Source of the DNA: Thermoplasmata archaeon
Lineage (GTDB): Archaea > Thermoplasmatota > Thermoplasmata > GCA-020350865
Assembly (NCBI GenBank): GCA_020348445.1
Contig: CP070751.1
Location: 3,976,485-4,000,561 of the forward strand
Direction of reading: 5' to 3'
DNA length: 24,077 nucleotides
Each line of letters opens with the position of its first letter. The stretch's first letter is position 1. Of this stretch, positions 8,717 through 18,100 are shown in pieces. The notes beneath the pieces were generated by a model, which was not told the DNA's origin, searched no databases, and worked only from the letters and a program-made list of their open reading frames with translations. Made by a program: the position numbers and the translations under genes.

Positions 8717-9778
8717 CTACTTTGTGGGTTTTTTTCCCATTTCAAAGATCACAATAATAAGAAGGATGACGACGAACAAAATAATAAGAATCATTGCTAT
8801 TAAAAATAAGAAAAAATCGGAATCGTTCAAAGAAGGCACGAAGGGCGGGATGTCATGGTCCGGGGGAGAAGCAGATTCTGTATCTTCTACAGTAAGATTC
8901 CAGCTGTACTCAACACTGTCTGTGCCGTCCGAAACCACTACTTTGACGATATGTTCACCCGCAGCTGAATTGTCTGCAAAATAGGTATAGGAGCTTCCTG
9001 AGGTTTGCACTACATTCTCGTCAAAGAACCAGGTAATCTCAAGTGTGTCCTCTGCATCAGGATCCTCTTCCTCTATCATAAATTTAAGAGATGTAACTTC
9101 TTTCATTTTTGGAGTTTTTGAAATCGGCTCTTTAACCTCTATTTGGGGTGGTAAATTCACATTATTCACAATTATTGTCCATTCATACGATAAGGTATAT
9201 GAATTTTCACCTATGTCTTGGACAGTTAGAGTTAATAAATATGCCCCAGCACTTTCATAATCTGTTGCAAATATATAAGTTACGTCGTCTGCTTCAATCT
9301 CTCCGCTCAGGTTCCATTTATATAACAAAAAATCTCCATCTGGATCCTCAACTTGAGCATAGAAATTTAAACCTTCTGTTTCATCTATTGTGATATCAGA
9401 TACATTAGGGGATAATTCAAGGATTACAGGGGGCGAGTTAGAAATCTCAACATAGCTTGATGTGTTCTCATCACTGTAATTGAATCCATCGAATGCTCGA
9501 ATACTATAGTGCCAAAGATCACCTTTCACAGTTGCACTTGCAGGTAGTGTTTCTAAATCATTATATTGTCCCTGCTCAAGACCAGATTTAAACCACCTAA
9601 TCTCGATATCTTCAATTTCATCACCATCGGGATCGTAGACATCATAAATGGCCACCAAATCGTCATCGGTTAGGGGGGATGATGGTACAATTACCGGATT
9701 TATAACTTCTGGCTTTGAATTTGCGCATACATTACCTGGTATTGTAACCACACCTAAGAATAAGATGATTACAAGCAT
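8717..9778 (-). CDS. Single-pass membrane-anchored protein with three Ig/PKD-like domains (353 aa from ATG 9778; possibly 373 aa from ATA 9838)
   Basis: ORF track; three N..P.I...DPD[GA]D...W...G.....V.D units, then a hydrophobic stretch FFLFLIAMILIILFVVILLIIVIF and a basic tail GKKPTK. Confidence 0.9.
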   Translation of the reverse strand: MLVIILFLGVVTIPGNVCANSKPEVINPVIVPSSPLTDDDLVAIYDVYDPDGDEIEDIEIRWFKSGLEQGQYNDLETLPASATVKGDLWHYSIRAFDGFNYSDENTSSYVEISNSPPVILELSPNVSDITIDETEGLNFYAQVEDPDGDFLLYKWNLSGEIEADDVTYIFATDYESAGAYLLTLTVQDIGENSYTLSYEWTIIVNNVNLPPQIEVKEPISKTPKMKEVTSLKFMIEEEDPDAEDTLEITWFFDENVVQTSGSSYTYFADNSAAGEHIVKVVVSDGTDSVEYSWNLTVEDTESASPPDHDIPPFVPSLNDSDFFLFLIAMILIILFVVILLIIVIFEMGKKPTK

Positions 9779-9956
9779 ATAAAGTATGAAGATAGAAGAT
9801 ATTTTTGTTCTTTTTTTAGATCTTTTTTTATTGAATATCGTCCCACCTCAACCCGTCTCAATTCATCCTTTTATTTCGCTGTAATACATATCGTTCTTAT
9901 TTTATTTCAGTTTTTTCATGTTTAAAGGGTAAAATCAGGATTCAAAGCTTTCTTTT

Positions 9957-9964
9957 AAAAAAAA
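9957..9964 (-). terminator. Candidate oligo-U terminator (T8) downstream of the 583-aa gene
   Basis: A8 on the plus strand, i.e. T8 on the minus strand, 40 nt after the stop at 10004; archaeal intrinsic terminators are U-tracts. Confidence 0.4.
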
Positions 9965-10003
9965 CATATAATGCTCTTCTAGCACAAAGATGGGGGTGAA
10001 AAT

Positions 10004-11752
10004 TCAACGTTTGTCCTTTTTTTGGTGCTCAAGATTCTCAGGTTTCTTCTTCTTTTTAAGGATTAAAAACGCAAGAATTATGATGATGATTATGACAATT
10101 GCCATCATAACCACCAAAAATAACAGGAATTCGGGATCGTCTAGGGAAGACTTAAATGCCGGGGGCCCTTCGCCTGTCAAATTTATTCCAACATCTTCCA
10201 CAGTTAGATTCCAGATGTGATCAACGCTGTCTGTCCCGTCATTTACATCCACTTTCACAACATGCTCCCCTGCCGCAGTAAAATCAGGATAATATGTAAA
10301 TGATCTCCCGCCATTTTGTACCACAGCATCGTCAATGTACCATGTAATCACTAGCGTATCCAGGGGATCAGGGTCACTTGCCTCTATTGAGAATTTTAAG
10401 GATGTACCTTCTTTTGTTGTTGGATCATCTATGGTTGGCTCTATAACTACGATATTTGGTAGATGATTATATATGCTGGATACCATGATTGTGGTATCCT
10501 TATTTTTATCCACTATGATCTCAGGGGATGTGTACCCAGTGTGTGTGAGGTTATAGGCTGTTACATTGTGTGGAGTATAGAAAACCGTGGATGTCTGAGT
10601 CTGGATATATTGGGTTAGTAAAATCCAGTTCACTTCACCTTCGGAGTTTGTGGTGAATGTCTCGTTCAGACTCCCATTTGGATTATCCTCAACATATATT
10701 TTTATTCCACCAACAGGTAGACTATATTCGTTTATGACCTTGACATGCAGGTACCATTTTACAGTCAGGGTTGAGCCATCCCCCAACAAGGAGACTTTGG
10801 CTGCATCAAAGGTTGTGTTGATCAAGGTAATCTCTGGATTAAGAGAATCAGGATCATTAATCCAGACATCATCGGAAGCAGAATTTGAAATTGAGCAGTT
10901 CTCAACAACCATGGAAGCACTGGACACTTTAAGACCGTAGTTGTTGTCCGAAATTACATTGTCAGATAGGAAGAGATCGTCAACAACAAAAACGTTGATA
11001 CCATTTTCTCCATTGGAAATCTGGTTGTTTTCGATGCGATTGCTCTCTGATTCATAGATATAGATGCCGCTTCCATATTCATAGCCTGAGATCGTATTGT
11101 CATGAACTAGATTATCATGAGCCTGGCTTTGGATACTGATTGCCCTATCCTCGCATGATATGATTGAATTATATCTCAGAATATTGGAATTGGATAGAAA
11201 ATTACCAACGATATCACTGGATATAAAAATCCCTTTTAAATTATCAGAAAATAGATTATTTTCTATCAGGTTCCCAGAACCGGGGAAGATCCCCAGTGCC
11301 GAGCCTCCAGCATTTTTAAGGATGTTATCGTAAATATGTGAGTTGTTGCTTGCGGTAAGGAGAATGTTATATCCATTGGCATTGGTCACTGTAAATCCGC
11401 TTATGTTCACATAATCTACATTGACAAGGTGCACACCATAGGTTTTTGAATTGATATCGATTACAGTGGTGTCCTTATCCTCACCTATTAAGGTTACAGT
11501 TTTGTTTATCTTAACCGCGGTTGTTGGATCCACACTTTCATAATAAACACCAGAATAAACGAAGATAGTGTCACCTGGTCCTGCAAGGTCTATTGCACCT
11601 TGTATCGTGGTTGAATCGTTACCGAAACCAAAGCCGACATATAAAGTGTCGGCATCTGCATTGATGGTCGTGATATCAGAAGCAATATCCAGGAAAACGA
11701 AGGAACCCATTAGGATAATCATTGCGACAGATACGGCTTTTATTCTCCTCAT
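10004..11752 (-). CDS. Membrane-anchored surface protein with a right-handed parallel beta-helix (NosD/CASH, pectin-lyase-like) domain, Ig-like stalk, TM helix and Lys-rich tail
   Basis: ORF track (11755 is TTG; the ATG at 11752 is the likelier start). TLYVG...TIQGAIDLAGPGDTIFVYSGVYYE and repeated N.I..N.I..N...GI.I units are typical of NosD-type beta-helices; C-terminus FLLFLVVMMAIVIIIIIILAFLILKKKKK. Confidence 0.9.
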   Translation of the reverse strand: MRRIKAVSVAMIILMGSFVFLDIASDITTINADADTLYVGFGFGNDSTTIQGAIDLAGPGDTIFVYSGVYYESVDPTTAVKINKTVTLIGEDKDTTVIDINSKTYGVHLVNVDYVNISGFTVTNANGYNILLTASNNSHIYDNILKNAGGSALGIFPGSGNLIENNLFSDNLKGIFISSDIVGNFLSNSNILRYNSIISCEDRAISIQSQAHDNLVHDNTISGYEYGSGIYIYESESNRIENNQISNGENGINVFVVDDLFLSDNVISDNNYGLKVSSASMVVENCSISNSASDDVWINDPDSLNPEITLINTTFDAAKVSLLGDGSTLTVKWYLHVKVINEYSLPVGGIKIYVEDNPNGSLNETFTTNSEGEVNWILLTQYIQTQTSTVFYTPHNVTAYNLTHTGYTSPEIIVDKNKDTTIMVSSIYNHLPNIVVIEPTIDDPTTKEGTSLKFSIEASDPDPLDTLVITWYIDDAVVQNGGRSFTYYPDFTAAGEHVVKVDVNDGTDSVDHIWNLTVEDVGINLTGEGPPAFKSSLDDPEFLLFLVVMMAIVIIIIIILAFLILKKKKKPENLEHQKKDKR

Positions 11753-11819
11753 CAAAATGCCTCGGTCAGTTGGTTATTGCTATACTATGTATTAACATTT
11801 TTCTTGTAATTATTTTAGA

Positions 11820-12884
11820 TCACCAATAACCAGTTCTTAGGTGCCTCAGTTTCTCTAGGCGATAAAATACCTCTCTTAGAATCTTCCCTTTCACACCGCT
11901 GGGATTAACACGTCCCCAATCCACCTTATCACCTGATTCTGTGTTTCTGAAAACGTGCTCTATGGCCCGGTCCCCGAAAACCACCATGGCATATCTTCGG
12001 TATAAATCAGTTTTTATCCTTCTCTTAAAGTGGCTCTTCCATAATCTATCGTAGTTATCGCCCTCTAGGATGGCCTTTGCTGCCAGAAAACCAGACTCCA
12101 GCGCGTAGTTCATACCAAAGCCCCTGAATGGATCTTGAAATCCAGCAGCCTCACCAACATACAAGGTTTTTCCCTTTACAGCGCTTTTGGGAAAATCGCA
12201 GCCTCCAAAGCCTCCAAATGACTCTTTTGGCTTTCTGTCACCTACAATATCCCTGAGTATTTTCCTCTCCGATAAGGCCTTGTAATAGAGGCGTTTCGTC
12301 ATTTTAACATGGGGCTGGGAGGTGCAGTTAACGATTTTAAAAGTGCCATCGGGTAAGGGAGTGACATAAAGATACCAGCCTCTCGGAGAGTACCGATCAT
12401 CGTGCATATAGAGGAACTTATCCCTTGGAAAATCAAGATCTTCATAAACACATCCATAGGCGAGCATGTCACACCTGAAATGACCAGTTGCCACGATATC
12501 CACCTGGGAAGGATCAATCTTCTCGTTGAACCTGAATTTGACTCCCATGGATTTGGCCTGCTCATAAAGACCGTATTCCAGGCTCGATTCGCCTCCCCTC
12601 ATCGCAAAATCAACAGGCTCTCTTAAGGTAACATCTATGTCCCTGGTCCTGGTGCAAATGAAAGCCCGATCCATTCTGAAAAGATGGAATTTAGGCTCCA
12701 GATTATAGGATTTTAGATACCCCAGGGGATCGCCTTTCGTTTTCAGAAGGCCCTGATAGTTGGGTCTAATATGCTGTCCAACATCACTTTTTCTTTCGAA
12801 AACGATAACCTCCTTGCCTTCCTTTGCAAGATTTATGGCTGAGGACAGCCCAGAAAGCCCTGCTCCTAAAATTTTAATGGCCAT
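11820..12884 (-). CDS. FAD-dependent oxidoreductase, divergent geranylgeranyl-reductase family
   Basis: GAGLSG dinucleotide-binding motif, VGEAAG..DP..G.GM second FAD motif; lacks the canonical PxxCG and YxWxFP motifs; GAGG RBS; directly downstream of the canonical GGR. Confidence 0.8.
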   Translation of the reverse strand: MAIKILGAGLSGLSSAINLAKEGKEVIVFERKSDVGQHIRPNYQGLLKTKGDPLGYLKSYNLEPKFHLFRMDRAFICTRTRDIDVTLREPVDFAMRGGESSLEYGLYEQAKSMGVKFRFNEKIDPSQVDIVATGHFRCDMLAYGCVYEDLDFPRDKFLYMHDDRYSPRGWYLYVTPLPDGTFKIVNCTSQPHVKMTKRLYYKALSERKILRDIVGDRKPKESFGGFGGCDFPKSAVKGKTLYVGEAAGFQDPFRGFGMNYALESGFLAAKAILEGDNYDRLWKSHFKRRIKTDLYRRYAMVVFGDRAIEHVFRNTESGDKVDWGRVNPSGVKGKILREVFYRLEKLRHLRTGYW

Positions 12885-12937
12885 TTACTTCCTCTACAAA
12901 TAGATTTATTATACGGGTAAAATCCCTTTCCAAACTT

Positions 12938-14128
12938 TTAGGTTAATAAGTCTTCGAATTCCTTGACAAGCTCGGGGTATTTGACTTTTATGGCCTTCAT
13001 AAGCTCCAGTGATGTGATCTTTTCAACCTGGACATCCAAAATAGCCTCAATGATTTTATTGAAAGTGTCATCTGATAATGTTGCCAGCTTCTCCTTTGCC
13101 ATCCAATTTCTGTACATCTTATCCTCAAGGATCTCTCTCCAGCCCTTTTCGTACTTAGTTAGGAGTTCGGCTGAGAAGTCCTTTGTCTCTAATGCCTCAA
13201 TTATTACCTTTCCTGCTATTTGAGCCGCGATACCGCTGTTCACTATTCCCCCGCCTGTTATGGGATCGATTTGTCTTGCTGCGTCTCCAACCAGTACAAT
13301 TCCATTTCCAACAGTTCTTTCGATTGGGGCGCAGACGCTCACTGCCCCTGCAATATGGGCGATGGGCGTGCCTTTTGAGAAGTTCTTTTGGCTTTTCACA
13401 AATGCATCCAGGTACTGTTTGGGCTCGCCTTTCTTTTTGATTTTTGCCACCTGAAGACCAAGGCCCACATTGGCACGGTGTTCGTTTTTTGGGAAAGCCC
13501 ACGCATATGCTCCCGGTGCACAGCTTCCAAGGTAGAAATTGCTGAAATCAGGATCTATGTCTATCCCGATCATATCGTACTGAAAGCAGCTGTACACGTC
13601 CTTTGGTTTGACTGTTGTGTCTATCCCTGCCCATCTGCCAACCTGGGATTCGAATCCATCTGCTCCAACAACGATTTTTGCGTTTATGTCTAATCGTTCA
13701 CCCATATGCTTTGCCTTTATCCCTGCAATGTAACCTTCCTTTTCTATTATGCCTATCGCCGAGGTCCGAATCATGATGTCCGCACCCGCCAAAATCGCCT
13801 GTTTTGCCAGCACCTTGTCAAATATGTCCCTTTTGATGACAAAGCCCACCTCGTTTCCTGCCATGCCCTCCTTGAGCTCCAGTGTTGTTCCGTTTGGTGC
13901 AATGACATGGGCACCTTTGACCTCATTTGAAATCCACTTTTTATCAGGCTTAAGTCCCATCTTCGCCAGTCCACCCTTATCCAATCCCTCTCCGCATCGA
14001 ATGGGTGATCCAACCTCGGCCCTCTTTTCAATCATAAGTACATTTGCTCCGCTTTTTGCAATATGCTTTGCTGTAAGGCTTCCAGCGGGACCGCAACCCA
14101 CCACGACTACATCATAATCAAGGGCCAT
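12938..14128 (-). CDS. Digeranylgeranylglycerophospholipid reductase (archaeal geranylgeranyl reductase, GGR)
   Basis: GCGPAG Rossmann motif, PIRCGEG (PxxC), YAWAFPK (YxWxFP), VGDAA..IDPITGGGI; 396 aa; GGAGG RBS; adjacent ferredoxin. Confidence 0.93.
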   Translation of the reverse strand: MALDYDVVVVGCGPAGSLTAKHIAKSGANVLMIEKRAEVGSPIRCGEGLDKGGLAKMGLKPDKKWISNEVKGAHVIAPNGTTLELKEGMAGNEVGFVIKRDIFDKVLAKQAILAGADIMIRTSAIGIIEKEGYIAGIKAKHMGERLDINAKIVVGADGFESQVGRWAGIDTTVKPKDVYSCFQYDMIGIDIDPDFSNFYLGSCAPGAYAWAFPKNEHRANVGLGLQVAKIKKKGEPKQYLDAFVKSQKNFSKGTPIAHIAGAVSVCAPIERTVGNGIVLVGDAARQIDPITGGGIVNSGIAAQIAGKVIIEALETKDFSAELLTKYEKGWREILEDKMYRNWMAKEKLATLSDDTFNKIIEAILDVQVEKITSLELMKAIKVKYPELVKEFEDLLT

Positions 14129-14155
14129 GGATTTCCTCCTATCCTAATAACACTC

Positions 14156-14323
14156 TTAGATTTTTTCATCTATGGCGCCTACAGGACATGCCCTTATACA
14201 AATTCCGCACTCGTTGCAATTTTCAAGAAACTCGATTCTGGTTTCGTGAAGGAACATGGCGTTCTGGGGACACGTCCCCACACAAGCGCCACAGTGCATA
14301 CACATGGTCCTGTCTACATCCAC
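14156..14323 (-). CDS. 2[4Fe-4S] dicluster ferredoxin, 55 aa
   Basis: Manual translation from GTG at 14323 (GAGGT RBS 6 nt upstream): MDVDRTMCMHCGACVGTCPQNAMFLHETRIEFLENCNECGICIRACPVGAIDEKI*; two CxxCxxCxxxCP motifs; stop 27 nt before the GGR start. Too short for the ORF track. Confidence 0.95.
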   Translation of the reverse strand: MDVDRTMCMHCGACVGTCPQNAMFLHETRIEFLENCNECGICIRACPVGAIDEKI

Positions 14324-14356
14324 AATATTACCTCGAATGTGTCAATAACGTTGAAA

Positions 14357-14364
14357 AATTTAAA
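14357..14364 (-). promoter_or_regulatory. Candidate TATA box (TTTAAATT) for the ferredoxin-GGR operon
   Basis: Minus-strand aaaacaTTTAAATTtttc about 34 nt upstream of GTG 14323, with an A-rich BRE-like segment before it. Confidence 0.5.
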
Positions 14365-14458
14365 TGTTTTGTAGTGCCGGGAACTACTAATTTTTATGTT
14401 TTGGGAATAAGCGCCCCTGCATGTAAATTAACGCGATTATATTAATCAAATTGTATCG

Positions 14459-14971
14459 TTAATTTCCATTCGATTGCGAAGACAAATATTCCATAAGGAT
14501 GGGCATCAATATCCTTGTCTCGGGGAGGAAGTCGTGTTTTTTCAAAAAGCCTTTTAATTCATCTAAACCATAAAATTCACCCTCCTCGAGCTCCTCTTTG
14601 TTGAGAATTGGTTCTTCATTTGTAACTACTCCATAGACCCTTACATTCTCCTTCTCTTCAGGAATGCGTTTTTTGAAGAAGGCTATAAAGAAGGGGGCGA
14701 GCTTCAAACCCAGCTCCTCTTCCACTTCCCTTTTTGCTGCCTTTTCATAGCTTTCATCTGCACTGACATGCCCTCCAAGAACAATACTCCAATATTCTGG
14801 GAAGAAATCCTTTGTCTTCGTTCTCTTTGTCACAAGTACCCTGCTCTCTTCATCAAAAACGAAGAACATGACGCTCCTGTGGATCAATCCTTTATTGTGG
14901 CATTCTTCCCTTGATGCTTTGCCAATTACCTCGTCATCCTCATCCACTATATCGAATATCTCGATTGGCAT
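14459..14971 (-). CDS. Nudix hydrolase, type-1 IPP-isomerase-like (YfcD-like) subfamily
   Basis: Perfect Nudix box GHVSADESYEKAAKREVEEELGL; IDI-like N-terminus IVDEDDEVIG..SREECH..GLIHRSV; lacks the IDI catalytic Cys. Confidence 0.88.
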   Translation of the reverse strand: MPIEIFDIVDEDDEVIGKASREECHNKGLIHRSVMFFVFDEESRVLVTKRTKTKDFFPEYWSIVLGGHVSADESYEKAAKREVEEELGLKLAPFFIAFFKKRIPEEKENVRVYGVVTNEEPILNKEELEEGEFYGLDELKGFLKKHDFLPETRILMPILMEYLSSQSNGN

Positions 14972-15126
14972 GCAAATGCACCATTTTTCATCTGAATCGA
15001 TTTGAAAAGGTGATGTATTTAGGAGGTATATGAGTTCATCTGCCCTTAACCTGTTCTCTACCTACAAAAAAAATCACTCCATAAAGAATATATAGGAATG
15101 CTTCTCTCTCAGGTCAAGGTGATTCA

Positions 15127-18100
15127 ATGACCTTGGCGAGTGCCGAAGGTTGCTTTTTAAAAAAGAGAAGGCTTTCTGTGCTGTTGCTTACTGGTATGAT
15201 AATGATGTCATACTTTTTTGGTCTTGATATGAACGCAAGGGCACAATCAGAAAATGTCTATGTGGATGGATACGTGTTTGATATTGGCTTTGGCACACCT
15301 ATAGACAATGCCACTGTTTATCTTCAAAATACCCGTGATGGCTCAACAAACTTCACCAAAACCAATGCCACAGGTTATTACAATGTCAGCATTTATGCAC
15401 CACCCTTTGGCGAAGTATTTGTTGTAACAGCATTTCACGAGGATTACCTGATGAATTCCCAATATGTCTGGCTAGAACCTGGGAATCCACAATATGTTGA
15501 ACTCTATCTTAACCGCGCAATGAACAAGAATTCCTCTGTTCATGGAAAGATTTTGGATGCAGTGACCATGACTCCCTTACCCTTTGCAAGGGTTGCTGCA
15601 TTGGGTGATAACTACATCAACACAACGAGCTCCGATGCCGCAGGATACTTTTGGATGGCACTGGAATCAGACCAACGATATTATATCCAGGCAGAAATGG
15701 ACGGTTACGAGGATCAGATGAGGTCCGGTTATTTCGACATGGGTGATAACTTGACTTTTAATTTCTACATGGAGCCTCTTAACTGCACATTAAAAGGCTT
15801 TGTGAACAATTCCAAAGGGGCCCTTGGATCTGCAACCGTCTACGCATATAGATTGGATGAGGTGGCTACAACAGAGTATTGGCCCGAAGTAAATGCCAGC
15901 ACAGGTTACTTTGAGCTCAACTTAACAAGGGGTGTTTGGCAGGTTGAAGTGAGCGAGTATCTGCATTATTCACAGACCCTTTCTGTCATAATGTTAAATG
16001 ACCAGACAACCTGGCAGAACTTCACTTTAGCAAAATTACCAACTGAAAACGCAACTGTTCAGGGATATGTGCGATATTACCACAATGGTTCTGGAGCTCC
16101 ATGGGCTAACATTTACGCCAACAACCAAAATAGAACATGGAGTGGGTACAACAGCACGAACGAGACTGGATGGTACACGATGACAGTGATTCCCGGAGAA
16201 ATCATATTTAATACCTGGGTTAACGGATACAGCGGTGCAGAAACATCTATAACCGTCGAGGAGGGGGGAACCTATTACCATAACCTTACTGTTTTTAATT
16301 GGTGGTCAACTGGCTATCTAGAAGGATATGTTAATTACAGCGGCATCGGAGAACCTGATGTGGTTATCAGGGTATCATATGGAAACTGGCGTTACGATGA
16401 TAGAACCGATCCGTCAGGCTATTATAACATATCGGTTCCAGGTGCACCCTTGGAGGTTCAGGCATATAAGAATGGATTCAAACCTGTGATGACCCAGGTC
16501 AACACCACGGCGGGCCAGACCACTGTTTTGAACATGGACCTGGAGCCTATTGACTGGAGCTGCGAGGTTAGAGGTTATATAAATAACACAAATGGCGAAC
16601 CCTTAGAGGGGGCCTACGCAAGTTTCGATTACAGCGGCTTTGGATGGGACAGTGCAACTGGTGTTACAGATTACACAGGCCTTTATCAAATGATGGTCCC
16701 TGCAGGATACACAACCACATTCGTATTTGCCGATAGTCATGAGTACAAAACAGGAGAAGTCAACCTCCCGAAAGATGAAATATACTGGTTTAACGAAACC
16801 CTTGAGCCTGTGGACCAGGATGCGAGGGTAATCTGTAAATTCACAAATATCTACACTGGAAAACCAATAAAACACACTGAAATTACGTTCAGTGAACAGG
16901 ATCTATTATGGTTTACTTCCGCAGAAACAGATGAAAATGGAATGGTAAAAGCAGACGTTCCATCTGGTTTTGTCGGAGTCAGTATAAATGCCTGGGAAAG
17001 CGGATACAAGAATCCTGGCATGTCCCGGGACCCCTCCACCATGCAGTTTTTACTATCGCCCTCTGAAACGAGATGGCTGAACATAAGCCTTTTTCCCAGG
17101 GAAAATAGGGCTATGTTGCATGGTTATGTTAACGATACCCTTGCCAATCCAATTGTAGGTGCTACTGTGTATCTACGGTACGGGGATACGATCATATCCA
17201 ATACAACGGACAGTTCAGGATATTATGAACTGGAAATACCAGGGGATCAATGGATAAACGCATGGGTAAGGGCATCGGGGTATAGGATATCAGAATACAG
17301 TGACCAGATTTGGGAATTTGATGACAGATGGAACGATTGGATTCTTGAGGATTCACCAGCGTCAATTGAAGGGCCAATTACCGATTCAGCAGTGGATTTG
17401 GATGGTGATACCAAATATGATGTCCTGTATGTCTATGTTCCTGTAAATGTAGCTCAGCTTGGAGAGTATCGTTTGGAGGGGTATCTTGCTGAGAGCAGTG
17501 ACTCACGCCAAGGAATTACAAGTGCTGGAGCACAATTTGGTGATACATTAGGGGTGCAGATAATTACCCTAGCCTTTGTGGGGGAGCAGATTCGCAATTC
17601 AAAGAAGGACGGATACCTGGTAAATATCCAGCTTCTTTCCGAATCCACATGGGAATTACTGGATAAAACCGAGCACTACACAACTTCCTACTTCCATGAT
17701 GAGTTCGAGATTCCAGATGCCAAAATCGAAAAACCTGTTGAGCAATGGCTTGTGGATACTGACCTTGATGGACTCTACAATTACCTTATAATCAATGCGA
17801 CCTTAAATGTCAGTGTAGCTGGAGATTATTCGCTATTAGGACCCATGAGAGATATCTGGGGTGACGAGTTTGAGATGGCCTTCGAGACCTTGTCCCTGGA
17901 AACAGGTATACAGGAAGTCCAGATTACATTTGACGGCACCTCTATATACAACAATGGCGAGACCTTAGGTTCTGTCTATATGGTTCTATTTGAGGGAACC
18001 CCTGAGGAGGGAAGCGAGTATATTCACTCGCACTTCTTCTACACACCATACGCATATGATATCTTTCAATTCTACAGTATTGATTCATTTGTATCTGGAT

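Noticed and set aside
8700-10003. Similar CACAAAG...ATGGGG strings near the stops of the 353-aa and 583-aa genes
   Set aside because: They are short, in opposite orientation relative to their genes, and differently spaced; likely chance.
10004-10150. PEF-CTERM archaeosortase C signal (DPEF just before the TM of the 583-aa protein)
   Set aside because: The paralogous cassette has DSDF at this position and the context does not match the typical PEFP pattern; kept only as an unassigned motif.
14459-14971. Calling the Nudix gene idi (type-1 IPP isomerase)
   Set aside because: The catalytic Cys and Trp equivalents are absent and a complete hydrolase-type Nudix box is present.
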